Positions 50,901-58,530 of a stretch of 64,000 nt of DNA are shown piece after piece. The first letter of the stretch is position 1; each line of letters begins with the position of its first letter. The position numbers were made by a program, and so were the translations under genes. The stretch is taken from contig JBQMYA010000001.1 of NCBI GenBank assembly GCA_052173735.1, forward strand, positions 28,784 to 92,783, read 5' to 3'. The notes beneath the pieces are model-generated. The model was given only the letters and a program-made list of their open reading frames with translations. It was not told the DNA's origin and ran no database searches. Origin of the DNA: Prevotella sp. Lineage in GTDB: Bacteria > Bacteroidota > Bacteroidia > Bacteroidales > Bacteroidaceae.

Positions 50901-51374
50901 AAAGTTACCATCCATATCGGCACTTGTTCCTACCGAAGTTCCTTTTATTTGAACAGTAGCAAGAGGAATACCACCACCATCTTTATCTTTAACAAAGCCT
51001 TTAAGGGTGTATTTACCTGCTGCATTCTTTTGCATTTTAAACACATTAATAGCTTTTCCTTCTACGCTATAGGTAAAAGATGTGCCCTTTAAAACACTTT
51101 GAACTGCACTCAACTCATCTACATTATCAAATGATATCGTAAGAGTTAACGAGTCGTTCTTCACATCATCGGTATAATTCACCTTGTACTCGCCTTTACT
51201 AGATAAGAAATCTAGAATGTAAGCAACGCTCTTTTCTTTAAACGAAATAGAGAAATTTTTGTTTAATACTTGTGCTCCTGCATTCAAAGGATTAGAAAAG
51301 GATAGGAGAACAGCATTAAATAAAAACAAGAAAAACAGATTTCTTGTTTTGTTTGATGCACTCTTTCTTGTCAT
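47901..51374 (-). CDS. SusC/RagA-family TonB-dependent outer-membrane transporter with N-terminal STN (signal-transducing) extension
   Basis: 1157 aa. After the signal peptide comes an STN-like segment ([30 protein letters not shown]…), then a carboxypeptidase-regulatory-like domain ([21 protein letters not shown]…), the plug (…[33 protein letters not shown]) and a C-terminal beta-barrel ending …FGVNLKF. Confidence 0.9.
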   Translation of the reverse strand: [1157 protein letters not shown]

Positions 51375-51475
51375 TAATGATTATTTTTTTGTTACGAAGT
51401 CTTGGTTTTATCTTATGGTATCACTACTGAAAGAAAAACCCAAAGAATTTCTTTAATATTAAAAATTTTCGCTTG

Positions 51476-51483
51476 CAAAAATA
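51476..51483 (-). promoter_or_regulatory. -7 box (TATTTTTG on minus strand) upstream of the STN-SusC gene
   Basis: Plus strand reads CAAAAATA. It lies about 100 nt upstream of the ATG at 51374. Confidence 0.4.
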
Positions 51484-51637
51484 CGAAAAAACTACAATAT
51501 CATATTATTTTCAATAAGAGATTATTCAAAATAATCGCCTTTTAATGTCTAAATTACACATTATTAATAGTAAAAAAGATAAATTGTTAAATACATCTTT
51601 TTGTCATTTGCAATTTAACAACCTTTTTTATTCTTTT

Positions 51638-51725
51638 CAAAAGTATTGCTTTTACAGCCTAAAAGCATTCCTTTTACACCTCAAAAACTATACTTTTTTA
51701 AGACAAAAGCACTGTTTTTACATAC
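51638..51725. repeat. 22-bp tandem unit block J (4 units, 88 bp)
   Basis: caaaagtattgcttttacagcc / taaaagcattccttttacacct / caaaaactatacttttttaaga / caaaagcactgtttttacatac. Confidence 0.88.
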
Positions 51726-51830
51726 AATAATGTTAACATCTTTATTTCAAGAGCTTTACCACATCCTCTCTCAACACTGTTGTTATGCTTCTTTCTATTG
51801 TGTAGCAAATAAAAAATAATTAACTTTGTA

Positions 51831-51838
51831 GAATGAAA
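51831..51838 (+). promoter_or_regulatory. -7 box TAACTTTG for the DUF2851 gene
   Basis: Ends 13 nt before the ATG at 51852. Confidence 0.45.
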
Positions 51839-51851
51839 CTACGTCTCAACC

Positions 51852-53162
51852 ATGGAACAATTGCTACACTACATTTGGAAACACCAACTATTTTTGCTCT
51901 CGCAACTCGTTACAACGGAGGGCAAAAATATTGAAATTATCGATCAAGGACGCCACAACACCGATGCTGGTCCCGACTTTTTCAATACGAAAATACGAAT
52001 TGATGAAACCGAATGGGTGGGCAATATTGAGATTCATAGTAAGGCTTCAGAATGGTTTTTGCATCATCATGACACCGATGAACGCTACGATAACGTCATT
52101 CTTCATGTCTGTGGCGATATAGATGCCATTGCAACAACGAGCAAAGGACGAGCAGTAGAGCAAACAACACTGCCCATTCCACCTCAAATAGAAACTTGTT
52201 ATCAAGAGCTTATAGAGCCTAAAAACTCACCCGTTCCATGCCATCTGCATGCTGCCAACATGCCTAAAATAAAACAAAGAGCATGGCTTTGCGCATTGCA
52301 AACAGAGCGATTGGAACGCAAAACAAAGGCTATTTTCGAGCGACTCGAAAAGTGTAACAGCTCGTGGGAACAGGTATTCTTTGTAACCCTTGCACGAAAT
52401 TTCGGTTTTGGAATCAACAACAATGCCTTCGAAGAATGGGCTTTCAATGTGCCATTGCACGCAATAGATCACCATCGAGACGACTTGTTGCAAGTAGAAG
52501 CCTTGTTCTTGGGACTTGCGGGTTTGTTAGATAAAAGTCTGATGAATGAAGTTCAGAGCCAAAAGATAGCAAACGACACCTATTTCACAAGGCTCAAGCA
52601 AGAGTATAACTATCTTTCGCACAAGTTTTCTCTGTCTTCTATGAGTGCTTCGCACTGGAAATTCTTGCGCCTTCGACCTCAAAATTTCCCCCACCTGCGC
52701 ATTGCACAGTTGGCAAGTCTATATCATCTGCGTCAAATAGGTTGGCGAGCCATTCTTGAAAGCAAAGACATTGCCTCTATTCAAAAGATGTTTTGCTTTG
52801 AAACAAGCAACTATTGGCAACATCACTACATGTTTGGCATATCCTCGCAAAAGGCATCTAAACAACTTTCAAAAGGCTCAATAAACCTTATTGTTATCAA
52901 CACCATTGTGCCTTTGCTGTTTGCTTATGGCAAATATAGCAAAAAAACAGAGTTGTGCAACGATGCACTAGAGTTGTGGGAACAAATTCAACCTGAACGA
53001 AACCACATCATCACTCATTGGGAAAAGAGTGGTTTTAAGGTCGAATCGGCAGCCGACACGCAAGCTCTTCTTCAGCTTAACAACGAGTATTGTGCAAAGA
53101 AAGACTGTCTGCGATGCCGTTTTGGATTCGACTTTCTACACACTCACATAACAACCGACTAA
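51852..53162 (+). CDS. DUF2851-family protein
   Basis: 436 aa. N-terminus MEQLLHYIWKHQLF and a C-terminal C-x-x-C (CLRCRFG) fit my recollection of DUF2851. TAACTTTG box lies 14 nt upstream. Confidence 0.7.
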   Translation: MEQLLHYIWKHQLFLLSQLVTTEGKNIEIIDQGRHNTDAGPDFFNTKIRIDETEWVGNIEIHSKASEWFLHHHDTDERYDNVILHVCGDIDAIATTSKGRAVEQTTLPIPPQIETCYQELIEPKNSPVPCHLHAANMPKIKQRAWLCALQTERLERKTKAIFERLEKCNSSWEQVFFVTLARNFGFGINNNAFEEWAFNVPLHAIDHHRDDLLQVEALFLGLAGLLDKSLMNEVQSQKIANDTYFTRLKQEYNYLSHKFSLSSMSASHWKFLRLRPQNFPHLRIAQLASLYHLRQIGWRAILESKDIASIQKMFCFETSNYWQHHYMFGISSQKASKQLSKGSINLIVINTIVPLLFAYGKYSKKTELCNDALELWEQIQPERNHIITHWEKSGFKVESAADTQALLQLNNEYCAKKDCLRCRFGFDFLHTHITTD

Positions 53163-53191
53163 CACTTAAAATATAAATAAATTTATTGATT

Positions 53192-53602
53192 ATGGAATAC
53201 GTATTTACAATGAAAATGAGTGTTCGTGATTACGAATGCGACTTACAAGGAATTGTGAACAATGCAAACTATCTTAACTACATTGCACATACACGACACG
53301 AATTTTTAAAACATGCAGGTGCAAACTTTACAGAGCTTCATAACAACGGAATAGATGCAGTTGTAGCGCGCATGAATCTACAATTTAAAACACCATTGCG
53401 TAGCGACGACACCTTTGAGTCGTGCCTCAACCTCACAAAAGAGGGTATTCGATACACTTTTCATCAAGACATCTACAACGCAACCACACGCCAATTATGC
53501 TTTAGAGCCAGTGTTGATGTTGCCTGCATCATTAACAACCGTCTTGGAAGAAGCGAAGAGCTAGACGCTATTCTTGAGCCTTTCTTGCTCAAAAAGCCAT
53601 AA
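53192..53602 (+). CDS. Acyl-CoA thioesterase, hotdog fold (YbgC/4HBT-like)
   Basis: The ORF-track start at 53186 is TTG. An ATG two codons later gives MEYVFTMKMSVRDYECDLQGIVNNANYLNY, the typical 4HBT N-terminus with catalytic Asp. Confidence 0.82.
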   Translation: MEYVFTMKMSVRDYECDLQGIVNNANYLNYIAHTRHEFLKHAGANFTELHNNGIDAVVARMNLQFKTPLRSDDTFESCLNLTKEGIRYTFHQDIYNATTRQLCFRASVDVACIINNRLGRSEELDAILEPFLLKKP

Positions 53603-53633
53603 AATCGTTCAGAAAACACCACCAACGCTTTAT

Positions 53634-54770
53634 ATGAAAGCTACACCACAAGAAATGATCAATGCCATTGCTGTAAGTAAAATGGGCTTTTACAAACTAG
53701 CAGAAATGCTCGAATTACAGCAAAAACTTGGCTCAGCAACTGCCATCATAGAACATCGAAACAATATAAAAGATGTGCTCCCCAATGCCTCAAACAAGCT
53801 CATTGAAATGCTAAAAAATGCCAATCGTTTCTTGATTCAAGCCGAACAAGAATTTTCTTGGGCGCAAAACAATGGTGTAGAGGTGCTTTGCTGGAACGAC
53901 GAACGATATCCACAACGATTAAAAGAATGTGCAGATGCACCATTAACCCTTTTCTATAAGGGTTCGGCAAATCTCAATAAGCAACGAATTATATCGATTG
54001 TAGGAACAAGAAAATGCACGCACTATGGGCAAGACCTTATAAAACATCTAATAACCAACTTGCAAAGGCTCTGCCCCGACGTGCTCATTGTGAGCGGTTT
54101 AGCTTATGGTGTAGACATCAATGCACATCGTTCAGCACTCGAAAACAACTTCGAAACTGTTGGAGTGTTGGCTCATGGACTCGATTATCTATACCCTCAT
54201 GCCCATAAAGAAACCTCCATGCAAATGATTTTGCATGGAGGTTTGCTCACAGAGTATTGCACTAACACGAAAGCCGACAAGATGAATTTTGTGAGAAGAA
54301 ATCGAATTGTGGCTGGTATGTGCGATGCTTGTATCTTAGTAGAGAGCGCATTGAAGGGCGGAGGCTTGATAACTGCGGGTATTGCGAAAGACTATTCGAG
54401 AGAGGTTTTTGCCTTTCCTGGGGCAGTAGGTGCCCCTTATAGTGAAGGTTGCAACGCTCTTATTGCTCAAAACGGAGCTGCACTCATCACTTCGGCAAAC
54501 GACTTACTCGAAAACATGAATTGGGATAACATTGCATTACTCAACAAAGCAAAAGAAAAAGGTATTGAACGAGAGCTGTTTCCCACACTCAATACCGACG
54601 AACAAAAGGTGGTTGAGATTCTAAAAAAACACAACAACCTACAAATAAATATGCTCCTTGCACAAACAGACCTATCCATTGGTAAACTATCGGCAGTGCT
54701 CTTCGAACTAGAAATAAAAGGTATTGTAAGGGCAATGGCTGGCGGAAGCTATCATTTATTGATTTTATAG
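53634..54770 (+). CDS. dprA: DNA-processing protein DprA (Smf)
   Basis: The Rossmann-like core IVGTRKCTHYGQ…SGLAYGVDINAHR…GGGLITA is DprA-typical. The start moved from 53574 to the Met at 53634 to remove the overlap with the thioesterase gene. Confidence 0.88.
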   Translation: MKATPQEMINAIAVSKMGFYKLAEMLELQQKLGSATAIIEHRNNIKDVLPNASNKLIEMLKNANRFLIQAEQEFSWAQNNGVEVLCWNDERYPQRLKECADAPLTLFYKGSANLNKQRIISIVGTRKCTHYGQDLIKHLITNLQRLCPDVLIVSGLAYGVDINAHRSALENNFETVGVLAHGLDYLYPHAHKETSMQMILHGGLLTEYCTNTKADKMNFVRRNRIVAGMCDACILVESALKGGGLITAGIAKDYSREVFAFPGAVGAPYSEGCNALIAQNGAALITSANDLLENMNWDNIALLNKAKEKGIERELFPTLNTDEQKVVEILKKHNNLQINMLLAQTDLSIGKLSAVLFELEIKGIVRAMAGGSYHLLIL

Positions 54771-54854
54771 ACATCTAAAAGAAACAGCATAAAAGGATAA
54801 CCCATCAGATATCAACCAAAAGGGCGATGGCTCTTACACTGGAATAAATAAACA

Positions 54855-55856
54855 ATGAAGATAAGAAATATAGACCTTGGCGAGAAACCTTTGTTACTTG
54901 CGCCAATGGAAGACGTAACAGATATAGGCTTTCGAATGCTTTGTAAGCGTTTCGGAGCAGCGATGGTATATACCGAATTCGTTAGTGCCGAAGCATTAGT
55001 ACGTAACATTAAATCAACCATAAACAAACTTTCTATTGCAGATAGCGAACGACCTGTGGGTATTCAGATATACGGTCGAGATGTAGAATCGATGGTAGAG
55101 GCGGCTAAAATCGTTGAACAAGTATCGCCAGATGTTATCGATTTAAACTTTGGTTGCCCTGTTAAGAAGGTGGCAAGTAAAGGTGCTGGATCGGGAATGT
55201 TGCGCAATATCCCCCTTATGTTAGACATTACGAGGGAGGTTGTTAAAGCAGTTAAAACGCCTGTAACGGTAAAAACACGCCTAGGTTGGGACAGCGAGAA
55301 CTTGGTTATCACAACTCTTGCCGAACAATTGCAAGACTGTGGTATCGAAGCCTTAACCATTCATGGTCGTACAAGGGTGCAAATGTACACGGGAAATGCC
55401 GACTGGTCGCTTATAAAAGAGGTGAAAGACAATCCCAGAATTCATATCCCTATCATCGGAAATGGCGACATCACCACTGCCGAAGAGGCGAAAATGGCTT
55501 TCGAACAATATGGCGTTGACGCTGTAATGGTGGGTAGAGCAACCTTTGGACGCCCATGGGTGTTTAAGGAAATGAATGAGTTAATTCAGGGAATTGACGG
55601 CTCTGGAACGGCTCTTACTATCGACGACAAAATCGATATCTTAAAAGAACAACTCGAAATAAATGTCGAAAAGATCGACGAATATCGTGGAATACTTCAC
55701 ACTCGACGTCATCTTGCATCAAGTCCGATATTCAAAGGCATTCCAGACTTTAAGCAAACCCGCATTGCTATGCTAAGAGCTAACACTGTAAACGAGCTTA
55801 ACTCGATATTGGAAGACTGCCGAGTACGCCTAAAGAGCATCGAATCAGCTGAATAA
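54855..55856 (+). CDS. dusB: tRNA dihydrouridine synthase
   Basis: 333 aa. LAPMEDVTD, LNFGCP, KTRLGW and HGRTR motifs of the Dus family. Confidence 0.92.
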   Translation: MKIRNIDLGEKPLLLAPMEDVTDIGFRMLCKRFGAAMVYTEFVSAEALVRNIKSTINKLSIADSERPVGIQIYGRDVESMVEAAKIVEQVSPDVIDLNFGCPVKKVASKGAGSGMLRNIPLMLDITREVVKAVKTPVTVKTRLGWDSENLVITTLAEQLQDCGIEALTIHGRTRVQMYTGNADWSLIKEVKDNPRIHIPIIGNGDITTAEEAKMAFEQYGVDAVMVGRATFGRPWVFKEMNELIQGIDGSGTALTIDDKIDILKEQLEINVEKIDEYRGILHTRRHLASSPIFKGIPDFKQTRIAMLRANTVNELNSILEDCRVRLKSIESAE

Positions 55857-55950
55857 ACCAAACCCTTTTGCAGGGCTATCTGGGCATAGGACGAATGAAA
55901 AATAAATTGTAAAGGTTCGATAAAAAGCACGTTTTCTGCATTATTTTTAT

Positions 55951-55958
55951 TACCTTTG
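55951..55958 (+). promoter_or_regulatory. -7 box TACCTTTG for the DEAD-box helicase gene
   Basis: Lies about 150 nt upstream of the start at 56111, which implies a long leader. Confidence 0.5.
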
Positions 55959-55966
55959 CACCCGAT

Positions 55967-56018
55967 AAAGGCTTCAACCCACTCGTTGCAAGTGAGCAGA
56001 GATGGCGTTGAAGCCTTT
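55967..56018 (+). promoter_or_regulatory. 12-bp perfect stem hairpin plus T-rich tail in the helicase 5' leader (possible attenuator or thermosensor)
   Basis: AAAGGCTTCAAC (55967-55978) pairs with GTTGAAGCCTTT (56007-56018) and is followed by GTTTTAAT. A second hairpin, GAGCAT…ATGCTC, lies at 56035-56090. Confidence 0.4.
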
Positions 56019-56110
56019 GTTTTAATAGAAAGTTGAGCATATATGGTGTCATTATTGTGACGGGGACACACAAGATGCTCAAATAATTTTAATCATAAAA
56101 AAAAGAAAAT

Positions 56111-58036
56111 TTGAAGACATTTGAAATGTTAGGCATTAGCGAAGAGATTCGCCAAGCCATTGAAGAATTAGGTTTTGAGCATCCAACACCTGTACAAGAA
56201 GAAGTTATTCCATATTTATTAGGAGAAGGAAACGATGTTATTGCACTTGCACAAACAGGAACTGGCAAAACAGCAGCATACGGTTTACCACTCATTCAAA
56301 AAGTTAATCCACAACAAAAGCACACTCAAGCACTCATATTATCACCTACTCGTGAGCTATGTTTGCAGATTTCTGACAGCTTAAGCGACTTTTCTAAATA
56401 TATCAAAGGCTTAACTGTTGTGCCTGTTTATGGTGGAACATCTATTGAAACACAAATTAAAGCACTTAAAAAAGGTACTCAAATAATTGTAGCAACACCA
56501 GGACGACTCATCGATTTGATTCATCGTGGGGTGGCAAAGCTCGAAAATGTAACCAATGTTGTGCTAGATGAAGCCGATGAAATGTTGAACATGGGTTTCT
56601 CTGAAAGCATTAACGAAATTTTAGAGTGTGTTCCTAAAGATAGAAACACATTGCTTTTCTCGGCTACAATGAGTAAAGAAATAGAGCGCATTGCACGCAA
56701 TTATCTCACCAACCACAAGGAAATAGTTGTAGGAAGCCGCAACGAAGGAGCCGAAAGCGTTAATCATATCTACTATATGGTGAACGCAAAGGACAAATAT
56801 CTTGCCCTAAAACGCATCGTAGACTATTATCCAAGCATCTTTGCAATTATCTTCTGTCGCACAAAACGTGAAACTCAAGAGATTGCCGACAAGCTTATTC
56901 ACGATGGATACAATGCAGAAGCACTGCACGGAGACCTCTCTCAACAACAAAGAGACCTCACTATGCAGAAATTTAGAAAGCACACAACTCAGTTTCTCGT
57001 TGCAACCGACGTGGCAGCACGTGGCTTAGACGTTGATGATCTTACCCATGTTATTAACTTTGGATTGCCCGATGACATCGAAAGTTATACTCACCGAAGT
57101 GGAAGAACAGGTAGAGCAGGTAAGAAAGGTACATCTATTTCGATTATACACACCCGTGAACGCAGTAAGATGCACGCCATTGAAAAGGTGATTAGCAAGG
57201 CTTTCGTTGAAGCAGACATCCCCGATGCAAAGGCAATATGCAGTAAACAGCTTTACAAGGTGATGGACCAAATATTGAAAACAGACGTGAACGAGGAAGA
57301 AATCGCACCTTTCTTGTCGGAAATCAATCGTCACTTTGAATACGTAGACAAAGAAGATATCATCAAAAAGATTGTTAGTATGGAGTTCGGTAAATTCCTT
57401 GAATACTATGCTAACGCCCCTGTTATTGAGAAACCAAGTAGAGGAAGAGGCGAAGACCGAGGCTCGAAAGGTAGCAGAAGAGATGGTAATGGACAACGAA
57501 GAAGTGGCGAACGCCGTGCACCTCATGCGGTAGAGTCGGGCTTTAAGCGTCTTTTTATCAACTTAGGAAAGACCGATGGCTTCTATCCTGGCGAGATAAT
57601 GCAATTCATTAACAAAAATGTTAAGGGCAGACAACAAGTTGGTCACATCGATCTTCTCGACAAAATATCTTACATTGAGGTTCCCGAGAGAGACGCAAAC
57701 AAGGTGATGAAGGCTCTAAGCGGAAGCATTTACAAGAACAGAGAGGTTCGTTGTAACGATGCAGAAGAAGGTTCTAACGGCAGAAAAGGACGCTCAACTG
57801 GTGGCAGAAACGCAGGTGGCGACTCGGATAACAGATACGAAAAACGCTCAAGACAACGCAATTCGAATGGCGAAAAGCGTCAAAGCGGAAGAAACTCTAA
57901 AGGTTATAACACTGAAAGAGGCGAGGAATTGGGCGACTGGCGTCAGTTCTTTAACGATAAGAAGGTGAACTTAAGAGGTGAAGAACCAGACTTTAGCGAG
58001 GATGGTTGGGCACGTCGTAAACCTAAAAAGAAATAA
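56111..58036 (+). CDS. DEAD-box ATP-dependent RNA helicase (DeaD/CsdA-like) with DbpA RNA-binding domain and R/G/S-rich tail
   Basis: 641 aa. Q-motif FEHPTPVQ, AQTGTGKT, DEAD (VLDEADEM), SAT, HRSGRTGRAG. The ORF opens with TTG at 56111 (MKTFEMLGISEE). An alternative ATG lies at 56126. Confidence 0.92.
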   Translation: MKTFEMLGISEEIRQAIEELGFEHPTPVQEEVIPYLLGEGNDVIALAQTGTGKTAAYGLPLIQKVNPQQKHTQALILSPTRELCLQISDSLSDFSKYIKGLTVVPVYGGTSIETQIKALKKGTQIIVATPGRLIDLIHRGVAKLENVTNVVLDEADEMLNMGFSESINEILECVPKDRNTLLFSATMSKEIERIARNYLTNHKEIVVGSRNEGAESVNHIYYMVNAKDKYLALKRIVDYYPSIFAIIFCRTKRETQEIADKLIHDGYNAEALHGDLSQQQRDLTMQKFRKHTTQFLVATDVAARGLDVDDLTHVINFGLPDDIESYTHRSGRTGRAGKKGTSISIIHTRERSKMHAIEKVISKAFVEADIPDAKAICSKQLYKVMDQILKTDVNEEEIAPFLSEINRHFEYVDKEDIIKKIVSMEFGKFLEYYANAPVIEKPSRGRGEDRGSKGSRRDGNGQRRSGERRAPHAVESGFKRLFINLGKTDGFYPGEIMQFINKNVKGRQQVGHIDLLDKISYIEVPERDANKVMKALSGSIYKNREVRCNDAEEGSNGRKGRSTGGRNAGGDSDNRYEKRSRQRNSNGEKRQSGRNSKGYNTERGEELGDWRQFFNDKKVNLRGEEPDFSEDGWARRKPKKK

Positions 58037-58061
58037 TATTATCCTTAACAACAATCCTGTT

Positions 58062-58098
58062 AGGCATTTAAATCCCCCGTGGTTTAAATGCCTTTTTT
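58062..58098 (+). terminator. Rho-independent terminator after the DEAD-box helicase gene
   Basis: AGGCATTTAAA tcccccgtggt TTTAAATGCCT followed by TTTTTT. It lies 25 nt after the stop at 58036. Confidence 0.7.
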
Positions 58099-58450
58099 AT
58101 AGCTTTTCTGCTTCTAAACAAGTCTGTTTTAATGGAACAAAACTTTTCTCAAAACATAATAGGACACCTAAACAAGCCCTTCAGCACCCAAAAGTCAAGA
58201 AAATAAAATCTAGATGAAAATCAATAACGATTAAAAATTATTGTTTAGTTTTGTAGAAAACATTCATTAATCAATAACAAGATCCAAAAGAAATGACGGA
58301 GAATAGAGTGCATTTTTTATACTCTATTCCTCTACATCTTCACCTTATAATGATTAAATCATGAAAGATAAGAATAAGATTATTCAGCACTTTGCTACAA
58401 TTATTATATTTTTTGAATGATATGTGCAAGAATCTTTAATCTTAAAAAGT

Positions 58451-58458
58451 TAATTTTG
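58451..58458 (+). promoter_or_regulatory. -7 box TAATTTTG for the second SusC/SusD locus
   Basis: Lies about 72 nt upstream of the ATG at 58531. Confidence 0.45.
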
Positions 58459-58530
58459 CAAATAAAGAATAGAATTAGCTTTATATAAAACCCAAACAAT
58501 CAGACAATATTAAAATCACACCAGAACATC

